Assembly (NCBI GenBank): GCA_027306885.1
Contig: DAHUYV010000012.1
Span: forward strand, 10,565-74,564
Source of the DNA: Candidatus Dormiibacterota bacterium
GTDB taxonomy: Bacteria; Chloroflexota; Dormibacteria; Aeolococcales; Bog-877
DNA: 64,000 bases
Reading direction: 5' to 3'
How positions within the stretch are numbered: the first letter of the stretch is position 1; each line of letters opens with the position of its first letter. The notes under the pieces were generated by a model. That model saw only the letters and a list, made by a program, of their open reading frames with translations. It searched no databases and was not told where the DNA came from. The translations under genes were made by a program, and so were the position numbers. Below are positions 51,849-61,645 of the stretch, one piece after another.

Positions 51849-52288
51849 GCCGCGACGACCCGGACTCTGACTCGGGCCTCGACCTCGGGATGGATCTTCA
51901 CCACCGCCTCGTACTCACCTAGCTCATGAGCGGGCTCGAACTCGATCCGCCGGCGGTCGACAGCCAGCCCCAGCTGCGCCTCCAGGGTCTCGGCCACGTC
52001 GATGTTGACCACCGCCCCGTAGAGCTTGCCGGTCTCGCCGGCCCGAGCCGGGATCTCGACCATGACTGACTCCAGCTTGGCGGCCAGCTCCCGCGCCGCC
52101 ACCATCTCGGCCTCGCCCTTGCGGCGCTGCCGGTCGCGCTGAGCCCGGATCTGGGCCTCGGCCTTGGCCCGCGCGGGCTGGGCGAGGTGCCGAGGCAGCA
52201 GGAAGTTGCGCGCAAACCCGTCGGAGACCTCGCGGACCTCCCCGGCCCGCCCCGTGCCCACCACGTCCTGGTTAAGAATGACCTTCAA
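51845..52288 (-). CDS. rplI: 50S ribosomal protein L9
   Basis: MKVILNQDVVGTGRAGEVREVSDGFARNFLLP. Confidence 0.9.
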
Positions 52289-52782
52289 TTGCTTGTCTCC
52301 TCAGGTGCTGGGCCAGGGGGCAGCGCAGCCTGCCCCGCCTCCTGCCCCGCGGGGGAACGGTACCAGGATGCGGGCGGGGGTGGCGCTTCGGGTGCCGACC
52401 CGCTCCGGCGGAGCCTGCCCAAAGCGGTCACGGCCCGGGCCAGGCGCTGGGCCGCCCCCACACCCTGGGCCAGGTCGCGGTCGAAGACGCTCTCCCGGCG
52501 GCGGATCTCGCCCTCCACCTCGGCACGCAGCTCGGCCGGCACCTGGGAGTTGAAGGTCCGCACCGCCAGGAGGGCCAGGCCCAGGGTGTCCATCTGGCCC
52601 AGCACCGGGATCCAGATGGGGATGTCCACCAGCGGGTTGAGGATCACCGCCAGGGCCGCGCCCAGGGCGGTCTTGGGGGCGGCCGGGGTCCTCGGGTCCC
52701 GCGCCAGGCAGTAGGCCAGGCGCAGCTGTTGGGGCAACTCCACAAACAGCGAGCGGAGTCGCTTGAGGCGGGATGCGGCCAT
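52285..52782 (-). CDS. DUF1232/YkvA-family membrane protein
   Basis: LARDPRTP...LNPLVDIPIWIPVLGQMDTLGLALL typical of YkvA; start set at the ATG at 52782 (the track ORF start overlaps the cca C-terminus). Confidence 0.6.
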   Translation of the reverse strand: MAASRLKRLRSLFVELPQQLRLAYCLARDPRTPAAPKTALGAALAVILNPLVDIPIWIPVLGQMDTLGLALLAVRTFNSQVPAELRAEVEGEIRRRESVFDRDLAQGVGAAQRLARAVTALGRLRRSGSAPEAPPPPASWYRSPAGQEAGQAALPPGPAPEETSN

Positions 52783-52820
52783 CGGGTTCGGGTGCTCCTT
52801 GGATCTCCGGAGCGTCCAGT

Positions 52821-54197
52821 CTAAGCCGTGCCGCCAGACCAACCCCGCTCGCCCTCCCTCGGCTCCCAGGCGGAGCGGTGGCCAGAGAGGTAGAGGAACG
52901 CCGCCTCCGGGGAGGTGGCGCCGTCCGCTCCCAGGTCCCCGGCCACGGTGGCGTCCACCAGGAGCTTCAGCGCCCGGCCGATCCAGGGGCCCTCCGGCAG
53001 CTGCCGCCAGGCCCGCAGCTGGGTGCCGTTGACCGGCGCCCGCAACCCCTGCGGGTGGGCCCGCGCCACCTCGGCGAGGCGGACCTCCAGCTCGTCCAGA
53101 CCGGCGGTTCCGGGGAACGTCGAGGCCCGGGTGTCGGCCCTCGCCAGCTCCAGAAGCTCCGGCAGCAGCTCACCCGCGTCGTGCCACATCCGGCGCACCG
53201 CGCTGTCCGCCCACTCGGGGCGATACTGGATCGGGCGCATGTGGAGCTCGACCAGCCGGGCCACCTGGTCCACCTCGGCCCCGGGCAGGCGCAGCCGCCG
53301 CAGCAGATCGCGGGCGATCTCGGCGCCGACCTGCTGGTGACGATAGAAGGTGGGGCCGGAGTCCGAGCTGCCGACCGTCAGCGGCTTGCCCACGTCGTGG
53401 AGGAGGGCGGCCAGCCTCAGCACCCGGCGCGGGGGCACCAGCTCCGCCGTGAGGGCGGAGTGGTTGAAGACGTCGCCCAGGTGGTAGCCGCCCTGAGCGA
53501 CCCCGGCCATGGCGGCCAGCTCCGGCGCCGTCTCGGCCAGAAGCCCGCTGCCGAGCAGCAGCCGAAGGCCGACGGCGGGGTGGGGGGCGAGGAGCAGCTT
53601 GATCAGCTCGTCGCGCACCCGCTCCACGGAGACGATCCGGATGCGCGGGGAGGAGAGCCGCATCGCCTCCTCCAGCCCGTCCGCCAGCCGGAAGCCCATC
53701 TGGGCCGCGAACCGCGCTGCGCGGAACATTCGCAGCGGGTCCTCGGAGAAGGTGGCCTCCGGCTCCAGCGGGGTGCGCAGGACACCCAGCCGGAGGTCTC
53801 TCAGCCCCATTCCGGTGGGGTCCTGGATCCGGCCCCGCGAGCCCAGCAGCAGGGTGTTGACGGTGAAGTCTCGGCGGCGGACGTCCTCGGCCACGGTCGC
53901 CGACCGCACCCGCGGCTTGCGGCTCTCCGGCGAGTAGGCCTCGCTCCGGGCCCTCACCAGCTCGATGGTGAACCGCCCCCCCTCCCCGAGGGCGAAGGAG
54001 ACCTGGGCCGTGCCGTACCGCTCGAACGCGACCACCGGCTCGGTGCGCCCCCAGTGGCGCCGCAGCCAGTTGGCCGCCGGCGCGGCGTCCGCCCGCTCCA
54101 GGACCAGGTCGACGTCGGCCGCCTCCGGCCGGCCCAGGAGCAGGTCGCGAACGTATCCGCCGACGATCCACACCGGCGACCCCAGCGCCTCCTCCAT
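52821..54197 (-). CDS. cca: CCA tRNA nucleotidyltransferase / poly(A) polymerase family with HD domain
   Basis: Pol-beta-like nucleotidyltransferase head (VWIVGGYVRDLLLG...DVDLV) and HD motif (LHDVGKP); the exact start is uncertain. Confidence 0.75.
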   Translation of the reverse strand: MEEALGSPVWIVGGYVRDLLLGRPEAADVDLVLERADAAPAANWLRRHWGRTEPVVAFERYGTAQVSFALGEGGRFTIELVRARSEAYSPESRKPRVRSATVAEDVRRRDFTVNTLLLGSRGRIQDPTGMGLRDLRLGVLRTPLEPEATFSEDPLRMFRAARFAAQMGFRLADGLEEAMRLSSPRIRIVSVERVRDELIKLLLAPHPAVGLRLLLGSGLLAETAPELAAMAGVAQGGYHLGDVFNHSALTAELVPPRRVLRLAALLHDVGKPLTVGSSDSGPTFYRHQQVGAEIARDLLRRLRLPGAEVDQVARLVELHMRPIQYRPEWADSAVRRMWHDAGELLPELLELARADTRASTFPGTAGLDELEVRLAEVARAHPQGLRAPVNGTQLRAWRQLPEGPWIGRALKLLVDATVAGDLGADGATSPEAAFLYLSGHRSAWEPREGERGWSGGTA

Positions 54198-54249
54198 GAG
54201 GGGGAGCGCCCGCCGCAGCTCCCCTGCCGAGGGCCGGGGCGGGCGCTGC

Positions 54250-54741
54250 TCAAGCGTAGACGCCAAGGTCCTCCTCCAACTCCCCGGGGTCCACCTCGCG
54301 CCGGCAATGAGGACACGACCAGGCAGTCCGGAGCGGGGTCCCGCACTCCGGATGCAGCGGCCAGCCGACGTGCCCTCCCGGAGCCCCCCAGCTGGCGAGA
54401 ACGGCCACCGCGGCTCGAAGCTGGACGCCTCTTCCCGTGAGCCGATACCGGACCCGAAGGGGACGGGTGGAGTAGGGATCCGAGGTGATGGCTCCGGCGG
54501 CCTCCAGCCGCCGCAGGCGCTCGCTGAGGACGTTGGCCGCGATGCCCGGAAGCGAACGGCGCAGTTCGCCAAAGGTGAGTGAGCCGAACAGGAGGGAGGC
54601 CACCACCATCAGGGTCCACCGATCTCCGAGGACCGCGAGGGAGGCCGCCAGGGCCTCCAGCGGCTGCTCCTCCTCCACCTCCCGCACGCCCACGGCGCCA
54701 TCTTCCGCCTCCTTGCCCGGGCGCTGCGCGAGAGGGCTCAT
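54250..54741 (-). CDS. HxlR-family winged-helix transcriptional regulator with C-terminal Cys-rich extension
   Basis: LGDRWTLMVVASLLFGSLTFGELRRSL...LSERLRRLEAAGAI; C-terminal HPECGTP...SCPHCRRE. Confidence 0.7.
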   Translation of the reverse strand: MSPLAQRPGKEAEDGAVGVREVEEEQPLEALAASLAVLGDRWTLMVVASLLFGSLTFGELRRSLPGIAANVLSERLRRLEAAGAITSDPYSTRPLRVRYRLTGRGVQLRAAVAVLASWGAPGGHVGWPLHPECGTPLRTAWSCPHCRREVDPGELEEDLGVYA

Positions 54742-54800
54742 GGTGGAGTGAGTAGTAAACTACTATTAGCTGAACCAACCGACGCACCGGAGGTGCCCGA

Positions 54801-55742
54801 ATGGCTTTTGCAGACGAGGTCCAGGCGGCGGCCGAGCTGGCGGCTCGAGAGGTGGCGCCGGCGGTGGTGGGGATCGGGACCCGTGGGCCCCTCGGCAGCG
54901 GGGTGGTGTTCGCCGATGGCCTGGTGCTGACCTGCGCCCACAACGTGCGCTTCCCCGGACGGTCCCTGCACTTCGCCGACGGGCGCGGCGCCAAGGCCGA
55001 GGAGGTGCACTTCGACCCCGCGCTTGACCTGGCCCTGGTGGCGACCGACACCGCGGGCCTTCGCGCCCCCCGGTGGGCCGCCCTCCCTGCGGGGCTCGGG
55101 ACCCCGGTCCTGGCCGTGGTCAACCCCGGAGGCGATGGTGTCCGGATCACCCTCGGCACCCTTGCCACGCCGGCCGGGGCCCTGGATGGTGGAGATGGGC
55201 TCCCGGGGACCACGGGGTTCGAGCACTCGGCCCCCTGCCCGCCCGGATCCTCGGGGGCGCCTCTGGTCACCCTGCAGGGCCAGGTGGTCGGCTTCAACGT
55301 CCGGCGCCAGGGCGCCCTGTACTGGGCGCTGGCTGCGACCGTCGACCTTCGGGGCCGACTGGAAGCGCTGGGGCGCGGCGAGGAGCTCGCCGGGCGAGGG
55401 TGGCTGGGACTGGTCCTGTACCCCGCCCCGATGGCGAGGCGGCTGCGTCAGGCGGTGGGACTGGAGGAGGCGCCGGGAGCGTTGGTGCGGGACGTGCTGG
55501 AGGACGGGCCGGCGGCCCGGGCCGGGGTGCGCCGCGGCGACCTGCTGGTGGCCGCCGCCGGCCAGGAGGTGTCCAGCCCCGCTGAGCTGCACCAGATCCT
55601 GGTGCAGACCCCTCCCGGCACCGCGGTCCAACTCCGGGTCAACCGGGCGGACGGCCAGGTGGAACTCACCGCCACCGTGGAGCAGCGGCCCTCCCCCACC
55701 GCCTTCGGCCACCACTTCCGGCGCGGGCGCCGCCGTGGCTGA
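54801..55742 (+). CDS. Trypsin-like serine protease with C-terminal PDZ domain (HtrA/S1C-like)
   Basis: Catalytic triad context (LTCAHNV, DLALV, GSSGAPLV) and a PDZ region; GGAGGTG SD. Confidence 0.8.
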   Translation: MAFADEVQAAAELAAREVAPAVVGIGTRGPLGSGVVFADGLVLTCAHNVRFPGRSLHFADGRGAKAEEVHFDPALDLALVATDTAGLRAPRWAALPAGLGTPVLAVVNPGGDGVRITLGTLATPAGALDGGDGLPGTTGFEHSAPCPPGSSGAPLVTLQGQVVGFNVRRQGALYWALAATVDLRGRLEALGRGEELAGRGWLGLVLYPAPMARRLRQAVGLEEAPGALVRDVLEDGPAARAGVRRGDLLVAAAGQEVSSPAELHQILVQTPPGTAVQLRVNRADGQVELTATVEQRPSPTAFGHHFRRGRRRG

Positions 55743-55785
55743 GATGCGTTCAGCACAACGGAACGCCCTGGTATGATGCGTCGAT

Positions 55786-56589
55786 GTGCCGGTCCCGGGG
55801 GGCTTGGAGAGCGCGTTGCCCGAGATCCTGAACCGCGAGCGAAACCCGCTGGGGCGCACCGTCCGGCTGTTGAGCTGGATGGCCGACCACGATGCCACGG
55901 ACTTCGGCGTCCGTGAGCTGGCGGCGGCCGTCGGCATGGCCCCCAGCACCACCCATCGATCTCTCGGGGCGCTCGAGGAAGAGGGGCTGGTCGCCTCGGA
56001 CCCGGACACCGGGCGGTACCGTCTGAGCCTGGGCTTCTACCGCCTGGCGCTGCGGGGAGCCCGGCGCGCCCCGCTCCTGGAGCTGGCGGCCCCGCTCCTG
56101 GAGGAGGCGGCCCGGGCCGGGGAGGAGACCAGCCAGCTCGCGGTGTACGGCGGGATGGAGCAGGAGATGCTGTTCCTCGCCGAGGTCCTGCCCGCCCGCC
56201 GTCTCCAGGCCCGCACCCGTCTGTACCGCTGGCTGCCGCTCACCGCCACCGCGGCCGGGCAGGCGGTCCTCTCGCTCCTCGACCCCCCAGCGCTGGTCGC
56301 CGCCTTCTCGGAGATGGCCAACCCCCCCTCGGGGGCGGAGCTGGCGGGACTGCTGGCGACCGTCCGGGAGCGCGGATTCGCCACCTGCGGGGGGTCGGCC
56401 GACGAGGGCTGCACTGAGCTTGCCGCTCCCTTCAACGGTCCCGACGGCCGTCCCGGAGGCGCGCTGGGCTTCGCCCTGCCCAGCGCCCGGTTCAATCCCA
56501 AGCTGGAACAGGCGCTGGGGCGGCTGCTCACCGTCCAGGCGGGGAAGTTGGAGCGGCTGCTGCAGTGCGCCGCGGGGCCGGCGGCCTAG
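55786..56589 (+). CDS. IclR-family transcriptional regulator
   Basis: N-terminal HTH (FGVRELAAAVGMAPSTTHRSLGALEEEGLV) plus C-terminal IclR effector domain; GTG start 9 nt after an extended -10 (TGGTATGAT), so possibly leaderless. Confidence 0.8.
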   Translation: MPVPGGLESALPEILNRERNPLGRTVRLLSWMADHDATDFGVRELAAAVGMAPSTTHRSLGALEEEGLVASDPDTGRYRLSLGFYRLALRGARRAPLLELAAPLLEEAARAGEETSQLAVYGGMEQEMLFLAEVLPARRLQARTRLYRWLPLTATAAGQAVLSLLDPPALVAAFSEMANPPSGAELAGLLATVRERGFATCGGSADEGCTELAAPFNGPDGRPGGALGFALPSARFNPKLEQALGRLLTVQAGKLERLLQCAAGPAA

Positions 56590-57503
56590 TCCGAGGGCCG
56601 CTCCCACTCCTCCTGGGCCAGCTCAAAGGCGCCGAGGAGCCCGGCGTCGCCGCGCAGCTCGGCGGGGGCCAGGAGGGCGTGACGCCGCGGGCCCGGAAAG
56701 CTCCCCTCCGCCACCGCCTCGACCATCGACTCCCAGAAGCGCGGGCCGGCGTTGAACACCCCACCCCCGAGGGCCACGGCGTCCAGGTTGAGCAGGTTCA
56801 GGAGGCCACCTATGGCCCGCCCCAGGTGACCGGCGGCGCGGTCCAGGACCGCCTGCGCCTCGGGGTCCCCGGCCGCCGCCGCCGCCGAGACCTCCGCCCC
56901 GCTTGACCGGCCCGCCATCTCGGCGATCGCGGTGCCGGAGGCGACCGCCTCGAGGCATCCCCGGTTGCCACAGCGGCAGCGGGGTCCGTCGGGCTCGACC
57001 ACCATGTGTCCAAACTCCCCGGCGGTGCCCTGGGAGCCCCGGTAGAGCCGCCGGTCGAGGATCAGCCCGGCCCCGATCCCGGTGCTGACCGTGACGTAGG
57101 CGAAGTTGGTCGACCCCCGCCCCGCCCCGCGCCGGTGCTCGCCGAGGGCAGCCAGCCCCGCGTCGTGCTCCACCCGGCACTCCCATCCCAGCCTCCGCTC
57201 GATCAGCTGGCGCAGCGGAACCTCCCGCCAGCCGGGGAGGTTGGGCGCCCCGTGGACGACCCCCTGATGGGGGTCGACCGGGCCCGGCACTCCGATCACC
57301 AACCGGGGCCGCGCCCCGCCGGCCGCCTGCCGGGCCAGCTCGCAGACCGCGTCGACGACCGCCTCCGGGCCGGCGGCCGACGGGGTCGGCACCCGAAGCG
57401 GTTGCCCCATCTGCCCATCGGCGGAGAAGGCGGCGACCCGCAGCCAGGTCCCGCCGAGGTCGACGCCCAGCACCGAGGCCACCGTGGCCCCCCCCGGGCT
57501 CAC
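56586..57503 (-). CDS. ROK family sugar kinase/regulator-like protein (glucokinase-like)
   Basis: GVDLGGTWLRVA N-terminal ATPase motif, ROK zinc motif (CRCGNRGCLE); start set at the GTG at 57503, overlapping the nfo stop (GTGA). Confidence 0.75.
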   Translation of the reverse strand: MSPGGATVASVLGVDLGGTWLRVAAFSADGQMGQPLRVPTPSAAGPEAVVDAVCELARQAAGGARPRLVIGVPGPVDPHQGVVHGAPNLPGWREVPLRQLIERRLGWECRVEHDAGLAALGEHRRGAGRGSTNFAYVTVSTGIGAGLILDRRLYRGSQGTAGEFGHMVVEPDGPRCRCGNRGCLEAVASGTAIAEMAGRSSGAEVSAAAAAGDPEAQAVLDRAAGHLGRAIGGLLNLLNLDAVALGGGVFNAGPRFWESMVEAVAEGSFPGPRRHALLAPAELRGDAGLLGAFELAQEEWERPSD

Positions 57504-58360
57504 GGCGGCCCCAGCGCCGGCAGCCCGCCGAGCTGGCGCAGCCGCTCGACGTTGGCGCGGTCCGGTCCCTGCCTCGCCTCCCCCGGCACCTCCAGGATCC
57601 AGGGTGCCCGCCGCAGCTGTGGATGGGCCAGCATGCGCCGGAAGGCCTCGGATCCGATCTCTCCCTCCCCGATGTTCTCGTGGCGGTCCCGGTTGGAGCC
57701 GAAGGCGGCCTTGGAGTCGTTGGCGTGGACCGCCCACAGCCGGTCCCAGCCGATCTCCGACTCCAGCTCGGCGAGGGCGGCGGAGAGGCCCTCCTCGGTG
57801 GTCAGCTGCCATCCCGAGGTGAAGGCGTGAGCCGTGTCGAGGCAGAGCCCGACCCGGGGCGAGTCAACCGCCTCCATCATCCGGCGGATCTGGGGCAGAG
57901 TGCTGCCGATGTTGGCCCCCGCCCCGGCGCTGTTCTCGATCAGCAGAAGGCTCTCCCCGGGTGCGCCCTCCAGGGCGCGCCGAAGGGCCTGGCCGATCTG
58001 CCCGAGGACGGCGTCGAACCCCTGCCCAAGGTGGGAGCCTGGGTGGAACACCACCCCGCGCACCCCGAGCTGGTTGGCCAGCTCCAGGTAGTGGCGCAGG
58101 GAGCCCTCGGAGTTGACCAGGAGCTCCGGACGGGGGGTCCCCAGGTTGATGAGGTACACGGCGTGGAAGAAGAAGGCGTTAAGCCCGGTGGCCGACATCC
58201 GCTCCCGGAACTGGATCACCAGCTCGGGCTCGAGATGCAGGTGGCGCCAGGTCTGGGGTGGGGTGGGGTTGACCTGGACCGCTTCGGCCCCCAGTTCCCG
58301 GGCCCGGTCGAAGGCGGTCAGGAGCCCACCCTTGACCGAGACATGGGCGCCGATCAGCAC
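57500..58360 (-). CDS. nfo: Deoxyribonuclease IV (endonuclease IV, AP endonuclease family 2)
   Basis: LIGAHVS...GG N-terminus and TIM-barrel metal-binding motifs (HANDSK). Confidence 0.85.
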   Translation of the reverse strand: MLIGAHVSVKGGLLTAFDRARELGAEAVQVNPTPPQTWRHLHLEPELVIQFRERMSATGLNAFFFHAVYLINLGTPRPELLVNSEGSLRHYLELANQLGVRGVVFHPGSHLGQGFDAVLGQIGQALRRALEGAPGESLLLIENSAGAGANIGSTLPQIRRMMEAVDSPRVGLCLDTAHAFTSGWQLTTEEGLSAALAELESEIGWDRLWAVHANDSKAAFGSNRDRHENIGEGEIGSEAFRRMLAHPQLRRAPWILEVPGEARQGPDRANVERLRQLGGLPALGPP

Positions 58361-58364
58361 CGGT

Positions 58365-59084
58365 TCACGCCCCCGGCGCCGGCGTGGGGGGCACGTACAC
58401 CTGACCCGAGGGGGGCGGGGCGACCGGCGCGACTCGATTGAAGTCGTTGTAGCGCAGCTGGATGCCGTCGGGGCCGGTGATCGTCAGCATCAGCAGCCGG
58501 TCGCTGCCCTGCTGCAGGTACAGGCTGAGAGACGGCCCCCGCCTGGGACGTTCCTCCAGCAACCACACCGGGGACCCGGAGAGGGTGGCGGCCCGCACCG
58601 TCGGCTGTCCCCGCAGGACCAGCTTCAGGGTGCCGGTGAGTCCCGCCCCGACGAAGGGGCTGACGCTCTGCCGGTACCGGCTGCCGTCGGTGCTGGGTTG
58701 GAGCACCCAGGTTGTGGCCGGGTTGAGGTTGCCGGGCAGCGAGGTGATCCCCAGCTGGGAGAGGGCGCCTGGCGCCAGCACGTACACCCGGTCGCCCACG
58801 GCCACCACCCGGGTGGAGAGAACCGGGGAGGGCGGGACGGCGAAGTCGACCTGCCCGGAGAAATCGCCGTTGGCCCGCTCCTGGACCGAGAAGCTGACCT
58901 TGGCGTCGCCCGCGCGGTCGCTTCCCTGCAGGTGGTAGGAGAGCGGCGCCATCGCACGCGCGGCCCCGGTCAGGAGCGAGCGCGCCGAGGGATCCGACGG
59001 TCCGCAGGAGCTGAGCAGGACGGCGCCGGCCACCGCCGCGGCCACACCCCACCCCAGGGCCAACCCGCGAGCCGCGAACACCAT
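58365..59084 (-). CDS. Hypothetical lipoprotein
   Basis: Signal peptide with lipobox LLSSCG; no recognisable catalytic motifs. Confidence 0.5.
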   Translation of the reverse strand: MVFAARGLALGWGVAAAVAGAVLLSSCGPSDPSARSLLTGAARAMAPLSYHLQGSDRAGDAKVSFSVQERANGDFSGQVDFAVPPSPVLSTRVVAVGDRVYVLAPGALSQLGITSLPGNLNPATTWVLQPSTDGSRYRQSVSPFVGAGLTGTLKLVLRGQPTVRAATLSGSPVWLLEERPRRGPSLSLYLQQGSDRLLMLTITGPDGIQLRYNDFNRVAPVAPPPSGQVYVPPTPAPGA

Positions 59085-59153
59085 GCAACCTCCGGGCCAG
59101 AACCACTGCCACCTCCTCCCCCCATTCTCCGCCAGAGGGACGACCGGAGTCTT

Positions 59154-60128
59154 TCAGGGGCGCCCGAGGATCACGGCAACCACGTATACGGCATACAGTC
59201 CCAGGCCCGCCGGGGCCAGGAGCACCGCACTCACGCCGCGCCGGGAGGTGGCCGCCAGCGCGATCAGGGCCCCGGTGACCGTGACCGCGGCGGCGAGGAA
59301 GCCCACTCCCTGGGGGTTCCAGGTGGTGAAGCAAAGCCCCACCACCGCCGGCACGGTGGCCTGGAAGACCATCGCCCCGGTGACGTTGCCGAGGGCCAGG
59401 GCATCCCGGCCCCGGCTCACCCAAAGGCCCCCCGCGGTCAGCTCCGGCAGCTCGGTGGCGATCGGGACCAGGAGCAGGGCCAGCACCATGGCGGAGACGT
59501 GGAGGGCCGGGGCGATCCCGCCCAAGCCGAGGACGAACAGCTCGCTGGCCACCGCCAGGCCCGCCACCCCGAGGATCGCCTGGCCCGCGCCGAGCACCGA
59601 GGCCCGGCCGCTCCAGGCTCTTGAGACAAGCAGGGCGGGAGCCGACTCTGCCGCCCCGGAGGAGCGGCGGACGCTGCGGTACACGTACGCCCCGTACAGC
59701 GCCACCAGGAGGAAGGCGTCCGCCACCCGGAGCGGCCGTGGGACGAAGGCGCCGACCATCAGCAGGGTGTAGCTGACAAGGAAGGCGTAGAGAGGAGCCC
59801 GCGCCTCCGCCGCGGGCACCGCCAGCCGCCGCCGGCGCGCCGCCAGGCAGAAGACGGAGGTGACGCCGAAGCCGAGGGTCGCCAGCATGAAGGGCGCCCC
59901 GAGGATCGCCCCGACAGCGGTCGAGGAGGCGGTCGGCCCGCCGTGCAGCAGCGCCACCACCGGGACAACGCTCTCCGGGAGCGCGGTGCCGATGGCGGAT
60001 AGGATCCCCCCGGTGGCGGCATGGCCCAGGCCCAGTCGGCTCCCCAGCCACTCCATGGAGTTGGTGAACAGGACCGCCGTCGCCAGCATGAGCACCAGTC
60101 CCAGGCCGAGCTCGGCCCAGTCGCCCAC
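59154..60128 (-). CDS. Ca2+/cation antiporter (CaCA family) membrane protein
   Basis: Two alpha-repeat signatures (GTALPE and ATELPE) in a ~10-TM protein. Confidence 0.7.
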   Translation of the reverse strand: MGDWAELGLGLVLMLATAVLFTNSMEWLGSRLGLGHAATGGILSAIGTALPESVVPVVALLHGGPTASSTAVGAILGAPFMLATLGFGVTSVFCLAARRRRLAVPAAEARAPLYAFLVSYTLLMVGAFVPRPLRVADAFLLVALYGAYVYRSVRRSSGAAESAPALLVSRAWSGRASVLGAGQAILGVAGLAVASELFVLGLGGIAPALHVSAMVLALLLVPIATELPELTAGGLWVSRGRDALALGNVTGAMVFQATVPAVVGLCFTTWNPQGVGFLAAAVTVTGALIALAATSRRGVSAVLLAPAGLGLYAVYVVAVILGRP

Positions 60129-60131
60129 CGC

Positions 60132-60620
60132 TCAGTCCCCGCCTCGGCCCCTGCCGGCCCGACCCAGCTCCCCGCCCAGCGCCAGCCCGTGGCGAGCCAC
60201 GTCGGCGAGGGTTACCTCCTGCCAGCGCTCCACCTCGGCTCCGGGGGAGGAGGCGAGAGCGTCGGCGATTCGCCGCCGGAACCAGGGGAAGGTGGCAGCC
60301 GGGAGACGGTCGGGCAACGCCCAGGCCACTCGAAGGGCCTCCCGGCTGCGCTTGAGCCGGCCCCCCACCGGGTGGGCGAGGAACACCGCGTCGGTGCCCA
60401 CCCGGATGCCCCGGAAGTGGTACAGGCCAACCCGGCGCACGATCTCCACCCTGACCCCGCACTCCTCCTCGGTCTCCCGCACCACGGTCTGTGCCGGGTC
60501 CTCCCCGGGAGCCACGTGGCCCCCCGGCGGCTCCCATCCCGGTGGCCAGCTGCGGAACTGGAGCAGCACCCGGCCCGAGGGATCGGCGATCACCGCCTGG
60601 GCACCCACGATCCGGCTCAT
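60132..60620 (-). CDS. NUDIX hydrolase
   Basis: Nudix box GGHVAPGEDPAQTVVRETEEECGV; ATG at 60620 overlaps the M50 protease stop (ATGA). Confidence 0.7.
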   Translation of the reverse strand: MSRIVGAQAVIADPSGRVLLQFRSWPPGWEPPGGHVAPGEDPAQTVVRETEEECGVRVEIVRRVGLYHFRGIRVGTDAVFLAHPVGGRLKRSREALRVAWALPDRLPAATFPWFRRRIADALASSPGAEVERWQEVTLADVARHGLALGGELGRAGRGRGGD

Positions 60621-61405
60621 CAGGTCACCAGGCAGGGGTGGAGAAGGTAGGTGGCCAGGCCCGAGCCTCCCTGCACGAACAGATAGGCCAGGTTGGGGAA
60701 GTAGATCGGCGGCGCGGCCCCGGTGGAGACGTGGGTCCAGATCCAGTTGAAGGCCAGCCCGGCGGGCACCGAGAGCGGGCTGAACCCACCCAGCAGTTGG
60801 GGCAGGACCAGCACCAAGAGGAGCAGGGCGACGTAGATGCCGGTCCGGTGCAGTTCGACCCACTGGAAGGGGAGCGGGTGGCGCCCGCGGAAGAGGCCCT
60901 CCGCCACCCCGAACCCATCGAGGGGAGGTATGGGGAGCAGGTTGAAGATGAAGAGCACCAGGTTGACGTACACCGCCTCCACCAGGAACCAGTAGATGAA
61001 CCCCATGAGGGGCAGGTCGAAGCTGGGATTGGAGCAGGTCTGGACCCAGGGGTTGGTGATGATCACCAACTTGGCAACGAACCCCAGGGCCGCCGCCAGG
61101 ACCAGGTTGCTGAGCGGCCCCGAGGCGGCCAGCCAGGCGCGCTGGCGACCGCGGCGGACGTAGATCGCGTTGTACATCACCGGGCGGGCGAACCCGAACC
61201 CGACGGTGATCAGGAGCAGCAGCCCGAAGGGATCGATCTGGGCGGCCGGGTTGAGCGACAGCCGCCCCTGCCGGCGCGGCAGCGGGTCCCCATAGCTCGT
61301 CGCCACCGCGGCGTGGCAGTACTCGTGGACGGTGAACCCCAGGGCGATCCCCGGGATGGCGAAGATGATGAGGACGAGGTAGAACTCGACCCCGCTCCCC
61401 AGCAC
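60620..61405 (-). CDS. Peptidase M50 (site-2 protease-like) integral membrane metalloprotease
   Basis: HEYCH zinc-binding HExxH in TM1, and a second conserved motif (NLLPIPPLDG). Confidence 0.7.
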   Translation of the reverse strand: MLGSGVEFYLVLIIFAIPGIALGFTVHEYCHAAVATSYGDPLPRRQGRLSLNPAAQIDPFGLLLLITVGFGFARPVMYNAIYVRRGRQRAWLAASGPLSNLVLAAALGFVAKLVIITNPWVQTCSNPSFDLPLMGFIYWFLVEAVYVNLVLFIFNLLPIPPLDGFGVAEGLFRGRHPLPFQWVELHRTGIYVALLLLVLVLPQLLGGFSPLSVPAGLAFNWIWTHVSTGAAPPIYFPNLAYLFVQGGSGLATYLLHPCLVT

Positions 61406-61411
61406 CGACCG

Positions 61412-61645
61412 TCAGTCCAGTGGGATCTTGTGGACCCTCGGGCCCCTCTTGGCGTGGCTCTGGGGCTGCTCCCGCTGCTCCAGGGTGGCGACCGCGGCGA
61501 GCAGCAGCTCCCGCTGCGCCCGGATCAGGTGCAGGCGGGCTTCGGCGGGGACCAGGGCCCCCAGCTGGCGACCGGCCAGCTGCGCCGCCCCCGCCAGTAG
61601 GTGTACGGCCAGCTCCCCCGCGTCCCGCAGCTCCGAGCGGGACAT
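61412..61645 (-). CDS. Small hypothetical helical protein (77 aa)
   Basis: ATGA overlap with the upstream ArsA-like gene; no motifs. Confidence 0.35.
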   Translation of the reverse strand: MSRSELRDAGELAVHLLAGAAQLAGRQLGALVPAEARLHLIRAQRELLLAAVATLEQREQPQSHAKRGPRVHKIPLD

